From contig JBJEXV010000029.1 of the NCBI GenBank assembly GCA_051886175.1, forward strand, positions 27,029 to 91,028: a stretch of DNA of 64,000 nt. Reading direction: 5' to 3'. Shown here one piece after another: positions 37,168 to 46,634 of the stretch. The notes under the pieces were generated by a model. That model did no database searches, had not been told where the DNA came from, and saw only the letters and a program-made list of their open reading frames with translations. Every line of letters begins with the position of its first letter. Positions within the stretch are counted from its first letter, which is position 1. This DNA is from Candidatus Coprovivens sp. (GTDB lineage Bacteria > Bacillota_I > Bacilli_A > RF39 > UBA660). Both the position numbers and the translations under genes were made by a program.

Positions 37168-39264
37168 TTACGCTGCAGTAATCTCTAATTTAGTTATTTC
37201 AGTTATGTTAGTACCAGCTGGATAGTTATATGCTGTTACACTACCATTACCTTCTATTTTATATTCTATATTAAGTAATTTACATAGCGTTGCAACTTCA
37301 CTTGTTTTCCATCCAGTTATGTCCGGTAATAGATAATTATTACCATTAGTTACAAAGAATACTTTACTACCTGCAACTATTGTTGTGTTTTTAGGTGGGT
37401 ATTGTTTTTTTATATATTTACCATCACCTAAGATAATTGAGTTTAATGATAGTAATTTAGTATTATCTTGTAATGATGTAACATTAGTACTTAAGAAGTT
37501 ATCCATAGTAAGTATTTTAGAATAGTTTATTTCTTCTACTTTAGTTGTTAAGTTTTTATATTTAGCTATTTCTTCTACTACTTTAGATACCATGCTAGCA
37601 ACGTTTTTAAAGCTACCATCATATTGTTTTACTGATACATAAATAATGTATTTAGGATCTTCGTATGGGAAGATACCTGCAAATGAACGAACGTAATCAT
37701 TTGCTCCAGTTAAGTATGTTCCGTTAGGTCCAGTAATTTGGGCTGTACCTGTTTTACCTATTAATGTTACGTTATCTGTTTTAAAGAATTTAGCGTCTGT
37801 TTTACCGCTATATACAACGTCATACATTAAATCTAACATTTTATCAGTATTTTCTTTAGATGCTTTTTGACCTAGTTCTGTTCTTTCATGTTGGTATGAT
37901 ACTACTCCTGTTTCAGAGTTAACTATTTTTTCAATTATATATGGTTGAAGTTCAACGCCATCATTTGTTAGTACTGTTAAGGCTTGTAGGTTTTGAATAG
38001 GTGTTGTTGTAATACCTTGACCGAATGATGCTGTTGCAACTTCAGTACGATAAGTAAAGTCAATATCACCTTTTAGTTCACCAGGTAGTGTAATACCTGT
38101 TTTTTTACCAAATCCTAAATCAGAATAGAAGTTATATAGGTTTTCTCTTCCAATACTTAATGCTAAGTTTGTAGCAGCTGTATTAGATGAGTATGCAAAA
38201 CCTTCATCATATGTTATAACTCCCCAACCTTTTGTGTTAAAGTCTTTGATTGTTGCATCATCAACTTGGATAGTACCTGATTGATATTTTGCGCTACCAT
38301 TATATTTACCATTTTCCATAGCAGCCAGGAATGAGAATATTTTCATTGTACTACCTGGTTCATATGAATATGAAGTTAATGGATTTAAGTATGATTCAAT
38401 ATTAAGTTCATTTAAGTTAAATGTTGGATTTGATCCAGTTGCTACTATTGCTCCTGTATCAGCATCCATTACTGAGAATGTTAACCAAGCCATATTGTTG
38501 TCTTTTGATACTTCAGCAATACCATCTTGGACAAACATTTGGATACGTGAATCAATTGTTAAATAGATATCTTCTCCTTGTTCTGCTTCTTCTATAATTG
38601 GATTTGTATTAGGTATAGTATAACCATATGGATCTTTTTGATATGTTTTAGAACCATCTTTACCTTCTAATATCTCTTGGTAAAATGCTTCTATACCCAT
38701 TTTGCCTTCTATTTTACCTTCGTCATTAGTTTGAGCAAAACCAATTACATATGGAGCTAAACTACCCATTGGATATGTTCTTTTAGCTGTTGCTACAAAG
38801 TCGATACCTGGTAATTCTAATGCTTCTATTTCTTTTTTTTCTATTTCAGTTATATTTCTTTTTAAATTAATTTGGTATAGGTCTTTTCCAAGTAAGTTCA
38901 TTAATTGTTCAACTGTAATACCTAATACAGGTGATAGTTTTTCAGCAGTCATTTGTTTATTCACTACATGGTGAGGATGATCTGGATTGTTTGTTCTTCC
39001 TTCATCTAAGTAAGCTATTACTGTATAAGATTTAATTGATAGAGCTAATGCTTCACCATCACCAGAATAGATTGTTCCTCTTTCTGCTTCTATAACTTGT
39101 TTACCTGTATTACGGTTTTTAACAAAGTCAGTTAAGTTAATACCATTAGTTTCTTTGGATAATGCTACTATTAAAGTTTTACCTGAAATCATAAAAAAAG
39201 AAATAATTAAAACAAAGAATATAATTTTACTAATATTAATTGTTTTTTGATTATTTCTTTTCAT
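37168..39264 (-). CDS. pbpB: division-type class B PBP with two PASTA domains
   Basis: SxxK GSTMK, SSN and KTGTAQ motifs. It lies directly after ftsL in the mraZ operon. Confidence 0.9.
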   Translation of the reverse strand: MKRNNQKTINISKIIFFVLIISFFMISGKTLIVALSKETNGINLTDFVKNRNTGKQVIEAERGTIYSGDGEALALSIKSYTVIAYLDEGRTNNPDHPHHVVNKQMTAEKLSPVLGITVEQLMNLLGKDLYQINLKRNITEIEKKEIEALELPGIDFVATAKRTYPMGSLAPYVIGFAQTNDEGKIEGKMGIEAFYQEILEGKDGSKTYQKDPYGYTIPNTNPIIEEAEQGEDIYLTIDSRIQMFVQDGIAEVSKDNNMAWLTFSVMDADTGAIVATGSNPTFNLNELNIESYLNPLTSYSYEPGSTMKIFSFLAAMENGKYNGSAKYQSGTIQVDDATIKDFNTKGWGVITYDEGFAYSSNTAATNLALSIGRENLYNFYSDLGFGKKTGITLPGELKGDIDFTYRTEVATASFGQGITTTPIQNLQALTVLTNDGVELQPYIIEKIVNSETGVVSYQHERTELGQKASKENTDKMLDLMYDVVYSGKTDAKFFKTDNVTLIGKTGTAQITGPNGTYLTGANDYVRSFAGIFPYEDPKYIIYVSVKQYDGSFKNVASMVSKVVEEIAKYKNLTTKVEEINYSKILTMDNFLSTNVTSLQDNTKLLSLNSIILGDGKYIKKQYPPKNTTIVAGSKVFFVTNGNNYLLPDITGWKTSEVATLCKLLNIEYKIEGNGSVTAYNYPAGTNITEITKLEITAA

Positions 39265-39276
39265 AGCAATTACTCC

Positions 39277-39591
39277 TTAATTATCTTTTACAACGATGAT
39301 GTTTTCATTATTGTATTGTAAACCATCTTCTTGAGCAACTAATTGAATTTTATCTAATGAAGCAAGTTCATATATTTCAGTTCTTAAACTATCATTAGTA
39401 TTTTGTTGCCTTTCAACATCATTTTTAGCTTCTTCTAATTCTATATTAGTTTCTGATAGTATAGCTTTAGTATAAACGTTTGCGACAGGAATTGCAAATA
39501 TAATTAATAAAATTATAATCCAATATGTCTTTTCTTGTTCAAACATTTTTTTCTTTTTCTTTGTACGATTCTTGCTTCCCATTGTGATCAC
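39277..39591 (-). CDS. ftsL: cell division protein FtsL
   Basis: Small bitopic protein with a coiled coil, positioned between rsmH and pbpB. Its start overlaps the rsmH stop (ATGA). Confidence 0.6.
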   Translation of the reverse strand: MITMGSKNRTKKKKKMFEQEKTYWIIILLIIFAIPVANVYTKAILSETNIELEEAKNDVERQQNTNDSLRTEIYELASLDKIQLVAQEDGLQYNNENIIVVKDN

Positions 39592-40511
39592 AATCTTTCT
39601 ATTATTCTTAGTTTTGCGCTCTTACTTCTTGAGTTTTCTTTTAATTCTTCAGGAGTTGGAAGAATTGGTTTTTTATTTATTAATTTTATTTTTGGTTTGT
39701 ATTTATCAGGTATTACTGGTAAACCTTTAACCAATTCATCAATTTCACTTTCTTTTTTAAATAATTGTTTAACTATTCTATCCTCTAAGGAATGGAATGT
39801 TATTACTGACATACGACCTGTTTCGTTAAGTAATTCTATAGCATCAGGAAGTACTTTTTTAAGTACTGTAAGTTCACTATTTACTTCAATTCTTACTGCT
39901 TGAAAGATTTGTCTTTCCGGATGTTGTTTGTTGAAGTATTTAGCTCCTACTGCATTTTCAATGATATTAACTAATTCTTTAGTTGTTTTTATCGGTTTGT
40001 TTTGTCTTTCATTAACTATCTTTTTAGCAATTACTTTAGACATCTTTTCTTCACCGTATATAAAGAATATATCAGTTAATTGGTCATATGTATAAGTATT
40101 TATTACTGTTTCGGCAGTTAGTTTACATGATCTGTCCATTCTCATATCTAGTGGAGCATCATTCATGAAAGTAAAGCCTCTTTCAGCATTGTCGATTTGT
40201 GGACTTGATAATCCTAAATCAAATAGTATGCCATCTACTTTAGTAACTCCTAATTCAGCTAATTTTTCTTTCATATTAGCGAAGTTACTATGGATTATTG
40301 TGAAGTTATCATTTATCTTTGATAATCTTTCATTTGCATACTCTATTGCTTCTTCATCTTGATCAAACGAATATAGATGACCAGTAGTCAAAGTTTTTAG
40401 TATTTCACTACTATGTCCTCCGTATCCTAATGTACCATCTATATATATTCCATCAGGTTTGATGTTTAAGCCATCTATTGATTCTGTTAGCATTACGCTA
40501 TAATGTTTCAT
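39588..40511 (-). CDS. rsmH: 16S rRNA m4C1402 methyltransferase
   Basis: HYSVMLTESIDGL, DGTLGYGGHS and FDLGLSSPQ motifs. I moved the start to the ATG at 40509-40511, 7 nt after GGAGGAG. Confidence 0.95.
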   Translation of the reverse strand: MKHYSVMLTESIDGLNIKPDGIYIDGTLGYGGHSSEILKTLTTGHLYSFDQDEEAIEYANERLSKINDNFTIIHSNFANMKEKLAELGVTKVDGILFDLGLSSPQIDNAERGFTFMNDAPLDMRMDRSCKLTAETVINTYTYDQLTDIFFIYGEEKMSKVIAKKIVNERQNKPIKTTKELVNIIENAVGAKYFNKQHPERQIFQAVRIEVNSELTVLKKVLPDAIELLNETGRMSVITFHSLEDRIVKQLFKKESEIDELVKGLPVIPDKYKPKIKLINKKPILPTPEELKENSRSKSAKLRIIERL

Positions 40512-40944
40512 TAGAATCTCCTCCATTGAATAAATTTTCAGCAATATCTTCTAATACATTTTCGTTATCAATTGAGTTTTGTATCCAATTTTCTTCTGAC
40601 CATATTTCTAGTCGGTCGTTAGCGCCGATAATAACACATTTTGTGATGATACCGGCGTAACTAACCAATGGGGAGGTAATGTTGATTCGACCTTGGCGAT
40701 CGAAATCACATTCAGTGGCACCAGAAAAGAAGGATCTCGTGAACGTACGGACGTCTTTTTTGGTAAAAGGTAGAGTTTTTAATTTGGCAACTATATTATT
40801 CCATTCGGATTCAGAATATACGTAGAGACATTTTTCTAAACCGCGAACAAGAACAAATCTTTCTCCAAGCTCTTGGCGGAACTTGGCTGGAATTATTAGT
40901 CGTCCTTTTTCATCAATGTTATGATGAAATTCGCCCATGAACAT
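40498..40944 (-). CDS. mraZ: transcriptional regulator MraZ
   Basis: MFMGEFHHNIDEKGRLIIPAKFR and a second DRQGRINI repeat. I moved the start to MFMGE. Confidence 0.95.
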   Translation of the reverse strand: MFMGEFHHNIDEKGRLIIPAKFRQELGERFVLVRGLEKCLYVYSESEWNNIVAKLKTLPFTKKDVRTFTRSFFSGATECDFDRQGRINITSPLVSYAGIITKCVIIGANDRLEIWSEENWIQNSIDNENVLEDIAENLFNGGDSNETL

Positions 40945-40950
40945 AAAATC

Positions 40951-40980
40951 CCCCACTTTCCTCCACAATGTACCACTGTC
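40951..40980 (-). promoter_or_regulatory. three direct GTGG repeats at exact 10-bp spacing (candidate MraZ operator)
   Basis: The minus sense reads CAGTGGTACA TTGTGGAGGA AAGTGGGGGA. On the plus strand the repeats appear as CCAC at 40953-40956, 40963-40966 and 40973-40976. They lie between the -10 box and the mraZ ATG, and the last one overlaps the RBS. Confidence 0.6.
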
Positions 40981-40987
40981 TATAATA

Positions 40988-41016
40988 AATATACTTGAAT
41001 TCCCCACCTTTGTAAA
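40988..41016 (-). promoter_or_regulatory. sigma-A type promoter of the mraZ operon
   Basis: TTTACA, a 17-nt spacer, then TATATT in minus sense. Confidence 0.5.
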
Positions 41017-41165
41017 TGTTTTTTACAAAGTTATAAAAATAATTGTGTAAATTAACGTAAATATCATTATATAGATATTGACTTTAAGCATTTGTTGGAA
41101 AATGCGTTTTTTATTATACTAAATGTTTTATATTATGTCACAAAAAAAAGATAGATTGCTCTATC

Positions 41166-42083
41166 TTATTTAAATAGTTTTGAATTAGCTGTTTCTTTTG
41201 GTGTTAGGAATTTCATTTGTTCTGCTACTCTAATGTCATATACTTTTCCATCATATTCGAATTTTTCACCATCGATACACCATTTCTTATCAGGTTTTGC
41301 TGATAGTTTGATTTTTATTTCACTAGCTGTTGTTGAAATTAGTTTGTTTTTTCTTCCTAAAAGGAATTTTAAGAAATTAAGTATTAAATGTCTTTTCTTT
41401 GATGCTTTGCATAATAGCACTTCGAATTTACCATCATTTAGAACTACTTCTTTATGAAATTTATTGATTCCAGCAATATGATTAGCGTTAGATACCATTA
41501 TTAATGAATAGTAGTCTTCTAGTTTTTCGCCATCTAGTGTAACTTCTGCTTTATATCTTTTTAGTTTTTCAGTAAATTCTATTACACCATCTTTTAAGTA
41601 CGCAAAATAACCCATTTTTTTCTTTTCTTCATTCTTTGTGTCGTATGGTATGTTCATGAATTTACCCATACCTACTACATATACAAATGGTGTTCCATTA
41701 ATAGTTCCAATATCATATGATTTTTCTTTGCCATCAAGAGCCATTGCGATGTTCTCTTTTGGATCACTACCAAATCCTAACATTGATGCAACGTCGTTAC
41801 ATGTCCCATTTGGGATTGGGCAGATAGTCATTTTTTCTTTTCTATCAAAGTTACCTTTTACTACTTCGTTTAGGGTTCCATCGCCACCTATTGCAAAGAC
41901 AATATCGTAACCTTTAGCTTTATAAGTTGCTTCTGTTGCATCGTTTTTGCGTTTTGTAGCATAGAACTCCGCTTCGAATCCTTTATCTTCAAATATTTGT
42001 TTATATTCTTTTACTTTGTCTGCTTTTAATCCTTTACCACTCTTAGGGTTGTAGATTACTAGGCATTTTTTACTTTTTTTCAT
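41166..42083 (-). CDS. dagK: diacylglycerol/lipid kinase family protein (YegS/DagK)
   Basis: DIVFAIGGDGTLNEV and the GTCND motif, with the typical ~300-aa length. Confidence 0.75.
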   Translation of the reverse strand: MKKSKKCLVIYNPKSGKGLKADKVKEYKQIFEDKGFEAEFYATKRKNDATEATYKAKGYDIVFAIGGDGTLNEVVKGNFDRKEKMTICPIPNGTCNDVASMLGFGSDPKENIAMALDGKEKSYDIGTINGTPFVYVVGMGKFMNIPYDTKNEEKKKMGYFAYLKDGVIEFTEKLKRYKAEVTLDGEKLEDYYSLIMVSNANHIAGINKFHKEVVLNDGKFEVLLCKASKKRHLILNFLKFLLGRKNKLISTTASEIKIKLSAKPDKKWCIDGEKFEYDGKVYDIRVAEQMKFLTPKETANSKLFK

Positions 42084-42179
42084 AATAATCGCCTCTTTTT
42101 AAATAATAACATAATTTCTCTAATATAGCCATTTTTGCTCAGTGAATATTCAGTGAAAAAGATATGTTATTCACATATC

Positions 42180-43391
42180 TTAAGGTTGTAATTTACCTTT
42201 AGCGCCTTTTGAACCATCGTATGTACTTAGTACATTTGATTCGAAACTTGTTACTTTTTTAGATGCATTTTTATAATCTTTAATTGTTTGCTTGATTAGT
42301 TCGTCAAGTAACATTGGGTATTTTTTACCTTTTGGCGTATAGAAGAAGAATGCTAAGCAACCAGGTATTGTATTTGGTTCATTAACGTAAGCTTGTTTAG
42401 CTTTCTTATCTACTAAGAAGTCAAATCTAGTAACACCCTTTAAGTTAAGAGCTCTAAATGCTTCTTTTGAATATTTATAAATTTGTTCTTCGATTTCTTT
42501 ATCGATTTCTGCTGGGATTTTGAATCCACCAGTATTTATTACTCCACCAGTTTTTGGTCCAGCATTTTTAGCACCGTTCTTGCCGCCTTTGCCACCTTTG
42601 CCGATGTATTTATCTTCGAATGTAAGAAGTTCATTATCTGTTAACATTTCACCAATTAATGAACATTCCATGTCTTCGCTATTTCCTAGTACAGCACAGT
42701 CAACTTCTAGTAAGTTTTTAACCATTGCTTCTACTACGATTTTTTCATCATATTTAATTGCTTCTTCGATTGATTCTTTTAATTCATCTTCATTGTGCGC
42801 AACTGTAATACCAACACTACTTCCTAATCTTGCAGGTTTTACGATTACTGGGAATTTTAATCCTTTTACTTCTTTAATGATTTTATCTTCATCGTTTAAG
42901 TATTCATGGTCATAGAACCATACGTAATCAACTACAGGAATGTTTGATGCTTGTAGGATTTGTTTTTGAACTACTTTATCTTGTCCTACTGCAGCTCCCA
43001 GCATTGATGGTCCAACATATGGAATACCTAATGTTTCAAGGTATCCAGATAACGATCCGTCTTCTACTCCTTTACCATGTACTATTGGGAAAGCTACGTC
43101 GATAGTATCAACTACACCTTTAAATAGTCCGCGTTTTTTTTGTAAAACAAATTGGTCATCTCTTTTTGTTAATGTAACTTCTTTTGCTATAAATGGAATT
43201 TCTTCTAAGTTTTTATATGATTCCATATTTTTTAAGCATTCAGCAGTATACCAATTACGATCTTTACCTATATATATAGGTACTACATCATATTTAGATG
43301 TATCCATAAAACTCATTGCTTGAACAGCAGTAATGATTGAAACTTCATGTTCAACACTTTCACCACCGTAAATAACTCCTACTTTTATCAT
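42180..43391 (-). CDS. ddl: D-alanine--D-alanine ligase family, with Gly/Lys-rich insertion
   Basis: GGESVEHEVS, the ATP-grasp core and NEPNTIPG motifs. It is directly upstream of murF. Confidence 0.9.
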   Translation of the reverse strand: MIKVGVIYGGESVEHEVSIITAVQAMSFMDTSKYDVVPIYIGKDRNWYTAECLKNMESYKNLEEIPFIAKEVTLTKRDDQFVLQKKRGLFKGVVDTIDVAFPIVHGKGVEDGSLSGYLETLGIPYVGPSMLGAAVGQDKVVQKQILQASNIPVVDYVWFYDHEYLNDEDKIIKEVKGLKFPVIVKPARLGSSVGITVAHNEDELKESIEEAIKYDEKIVVEAMVKNLLEVDCAVLGNSEDMECSLIGEMLTDNELLTFEDKYIGKGGKGGKNGAKNAGPKTGGVINTGGFKIPAEIDKEIEEQIYKYSKEAFRALNLKGVTRFDFLVDKKAKQAYVNEPNTIPGCLAFFFYTPKGKKYPMLLDELIKQTIKDYKNASKKVTSFESNVLSTYDGSKGAKGKLQP

Positions 43392-45001
43392 TTTTTATCA
43401 CTCCTTATTTTTTCATTAAATGAATCAGGTAAGTCATTTTCTAATAAGACATATGTCTCGTTATCTTTTAATTTCATCATTAATGGGAAGGCATCCATTA
43501 CATCATTAAGAACATGTATTTTATTTTTAGGATAGTTCTTTTCGATTAAGCCTTCATAAATTGGTTTTGTTTTTTCTTCACCAATTAGGATTACTTCATC
43601 TGTTGCATCGGCGATTTGACGCCCGAATTCTTTATTTACTTCGTATTCTTTTTCACCTACTTCAATCATACCAGGTGTTACAACGATATGTTTACCAGGC
43701 ATCATTGCCAGTACTTCTAAAGCCATTTTACATCCCATAGGATTTGAGTTATAAGCATCATCGATTATATTAATATCAAAGTATTTAGTCATTGATAAAC
43801 GATGTTCTACTGGTTCTACTCTTTTAACTGCTTTTTGTAGATCTTGTATTTTGATACCCAATTCTCTACCTAAGGCAATTCCACCTAAAATGTTATAGAT
43901 ATTATTTTTTCCTAATAGTTTTGTTTCAAATTCATACAACTCTTTGTCATCTTTAAATTTAACTTTAAATTTTGTTCCTTTATATGTAAGTTGTAGGTCT
44001 TTAGCATAACAATCTACGTTTTGATTATCAATACCTATCCATATTATTTTACAGTCGTTTTTGACATTGTAACTTAATTGTTTTTCATCGTCTCCATTAA
44101 GAATACCGATACCATCACTTGGTAATGATTCGATAAGTTCAAATTTTGTATGTTGGATTATTTCTTCAGAACCAAATGTTTCTAAATGAGCTAAGCCTAT
44201 ACGAGTTATTATTCCGTATTTAGGAGATACTAAGTCGCATAGTTCTTTTATTTCTCCTTGTTTACACGCTCCCATTTCAGCTATAAAGAAATCATTATAT
44301 TTATCTAAGTGTTCATTAATTGTAATCATTAAACCAAATGGTGTATTGTAGTTAGCTGGTGTTTTAAATACATTATATTTTATATTTAAGATATCGTGTA
44401 CAACATTTTTTGTACTTGTTTTACCATAACTACCTGTAATTCCAATTACTTCCATATTTGTCATACTATGTAATTTATTTAATGCTTTCTTTTCAAAATG
44501 TTTACCAACGCATTTTTCTATAGGGCGATTTATAAAGTTAATTAGTAATACAATGAAATGATTTATGATTAGTAAAATACCTAGTACTAAGTAATATATG
44601 CTTAAATTAGTTTCATCAAAGGTAACTAACATAATAATTATTGGTATTAAATGTAATATTGTATTTGTAGCCATTAATCTTTTAATACGAGCTGTATATT
44701 TTAAAGGAAGTTTATCTTTTTGTTTTTTACGATTAGTAATAAATATATAATCATTAAATAGTAATAATACTATAAAGATTATGCTACTTAGTTTATTTAA
44801 GTTTGTAGTTAAATTAGTAAATATAAATACTAAGAATAGCAATTTATGATTTATTAATGTTTCTTTTATATTTTTAATAATCCATTTTATGTATCTATAT
44901 CCACGATTGTATCTATTTTGTTGTAACATATGTAGCGCTCTAGTTGATAGTAATGTAATACTTAGTAGATATACTATGATACTTATTATAAATAATGTCA
45001 T
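43388..45001 (-). CDS. murF: UDP-MurNAc-tripeptide--D-Ala-D-Ala ligase with N-terminal membrane domain
   Basis: GITGSYGKTSTK P-loop, the DDAYNSNP motif and ddl-murF coupling (ATGA overlap). The first ~165 aa are hydrophobic helices. Confidence 0.85.
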   Translation of the reverse strand: MTLFIISIIVYLLSITLLSTRALHMLQQNRYNRGYRYIKWIIKNIKETLINHKLLFLVFIFTNLTTNLNKLSSIIFIVLLLFNDYIFITNRKKQKDKLPLKYTARIKRLMATNTILHLIPIIIMLVTFDETNLSIYYLVLGILLIINHFIVLLINFINRPIEKCVGKHFEKKALNKLHSMTNMEVIGITGSYGKTSTKNVVHDILNIKYNVFKTPANYNTPFGLMITINEHLDKYNDFFIAEMGACKQGEIKELCDLVSPKYGIITRIGLAHLETFGSEEIIQHTKFELIESLPSDGIGILNGDDEKQLSYNVKNDCKIIWIGIDNQNVDCYAKDLQLTYKGTKFKVKFKDDKELYEFETKLLGKNNIYNILGGIALGRELGIKIQDLQKAVKRVEPVEHRLSMTKYFDINIIDDAYNSNPMGCKMALEVLAMMPGKHIVVTPGMIEVGEKEYEVNKEFGRQIADATDEVILIGEEKTKPIYEGLIEKNYPKNKIHVLNDVMDAFPLMMKLKDNETYVLLENDLPDSFNEKIRSDKK

Positions 45002-45012
45002 ATTTTCACTTC

Positions 45013-45741
45013 CTATTTAATAAATGATTTTAATACATTGATTGTTTGTTGTAATCTTTCAAGATATGCATAGTGTGTACATCCTTCATATGTAACTAAA
45101 CCAGCATCTTTGATTAGTTTTTCTAATTCTTGGGCATCCTCATAAGGTACTGCTTCATCTTGTGTACCCCATATTAGTAAGGTAGGACATTTTATTTTAT
45201 TTAGTTTATCACTAATATCTGTATTTACATGTTTTACTAATATCTCACGCATTTTTGGTGAAGCATTACGATAATCAGTTGAACCCATATGTTTTTTAGC
45301 TATTTCAACTAGACCAGATAGTAATGGAATTTTTTTAAGTTTTCTTAATAGTTTTTGTTTAGTAGTAAGTTCTTTAAATTTTACTTTATATGGACTTGCT
45401 AGTAGTACTAATCTTTTTGGATCGTATTTAATTCCATATATTAGTGATAGTTTACCACCAAATGAATGACCTACTAAGTTGGGTTTTTTAATGTTTAATG
45501 ATTCTAATAGTGCATGAATCATATCTACGTATTCTTCTAGTTCCCATACTTCTTTTGGTTCTTCAGATTCACCAAATCCTGGCAGATCAATAATTACTAT
45601 ATGGTTTGTTTTAGAAAAAGGATTAGCGATTGGTTCCATCATTTGAATGTTTTGGCCCCAGCCATGAAGATAGACGATTGCTTCTGCACCTTTCTTACCA
45701 TATTCTTTATAGTTAACTTTTATATTTTTATATTCGAACAT
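45013..45741 (-). CDS. alpha/beta hydrolase
   Basis: HGWG oxyanion region and the nucleophile elbow GHSFGG. Confidence 0.8.
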   Translation of the reverse strand: MFEYKNIKVNYKEYGKKGAEAIVYLHGWGQNIQMMEPIANPFSKTNHIVIIDLPGFGESEEPKEVWELEEYVDMIHALLESLNIKKPNLVGHSFGGKLSLIYGIKYDPKRLVLLASPYKVKFKELTTKQKLLRKLKKIPLLSGLVEIAKKHMGSTDYRNASPKMREILVKHVNTDISDKLNKIKCPTLLIWGTQDEAVPYEDAQELEKLIKDAGLVTYEGCTHYAYLERLQQTINVLKSFIK

Positions 45742-45864
45742 AATATCACCTATTATTTATATGCAAACATTGCATCATTTATATCACTATTTTACCATAT
45801 ATATTGGGGTTTTAGAGAAAATTAAAGTGCTTTTACAGAGAATTGTCGCAAAAAAAAAGAGCTA

Positions 45865-46431
45865 TTAAGCTCTGCTTGAATATTTTCCGTCTTCAGTAGA
45901 AACGATAATTCTATCTCCTGTTTTAAGGAATAATGGAACTCTAACCATTAAGCCGTTTTCCATATATGCATCTTTTTGAGCATTGTTTGTTGTATTTCCT
46001 TTAACAGCGTCAGTAGTATCTACTATTTCGTATTCAATTTTTTCTGGTAATGTAATACCGATTATTTCACCTTGATAAATAGAGATTGAAACTTCTAAGT
46101 TATAAGTTAAGAATTTCTTTTCATCTTCAATAGTATCTGCTGGGATTTCGATTTGATTTCCATCTTCTTCCATAAATACATATGTATCTCCCATATCATA
46201 AGAATAAATAGTCTTTTTCTTTTCGATATGTGCTTTTTCTATTTTATCATCACTATGAACTGTTTCAACAGTAGTTGTTCCAGTTTTAATATTACGCATT
46301 GTTATTTTGTATAAAGAGATACCTTTACCAGGTTTTGTAGTTTCGAATTTTTTAATCATGCATAAGTTTCCTTTGTAGAAAACAGTCATACCATTTTTAA
46401 TTTCACTTACTTCAATTAATGTTCCGTTCAT
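45865..46431 (-). CDS. efp: elongation factor P
   Basis: 188 aa with the KPGKG loop and EF-P domain order. Confidence 0.95.
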   Translation of the reverse strand: MNGTLIEVSEIKNGMTVFYKGNLCMIKKFETTKPGKGISLYKITMRNIKTGTTTVETVHSDDKIEKAHIEKKKTIYSYDMGDTYVFMEEDGNQIEIPADTIEDEKKFLTYNLEVSISIYQGEIIGITLPEKIEYEIVDTTDAVKGNTTNNAQKDAYMENGLMVRVPLFLKTGDRIIVSTEDGKYSSRA

Positions 46432-46452
46432 GATTACCTACACTCCTTTATA

Positions 46453-46617
46453 CTATTTTTTTTCTTTATGAACAGTTTGTTTGTTGCACCATTTGCAATA
46501 TTTGTTAAGTTCTAATTTTTCTGTTGTATTCTTTTTGTTTTTAACTGTAACATAGTTTTCATGTTTACATTCAGTACAAACTAATGCAATATTAGGTCTA
46601 TTTTCATTTTTTGCCAT
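46453..46617 (-). CDS. rpmG: 50S ribosomal protein L33
   Basis: My translation is [54 protein letters not shown], with the CxxC...CxxC zinc motif. It falls below the ORF-track cutoff. Confidence 0.9.
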   Translation of the reverse strand: MAKNENRPNIALVCTECKHENYVTVKNKKNTTEKLELNKYCKWCNKQTVHKEKK

Positions 46618-46634
46618 AAGACTGCCCTCCTTTT

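Noticed and set aside
40600-40990. Locally higher GC content over mraZ, considered as a sign of horizontal acquisition.
   Set aside because: mraZ is a highly conserved core gene in its native operon context. The composition shift is explained by amino-acid constraint.
40945-41007. N-terminal extensions in ORF-track models. These affect mraZ, rsmH, parE, trkA, the PBP at 46635, tkt, dfx and the PII-like gene.
   Set aside because: Internal ATGs with proper Shine-Dalgarno spacing match the conserved family N-termini. The extensions run through promoters, operators or upstream genes.
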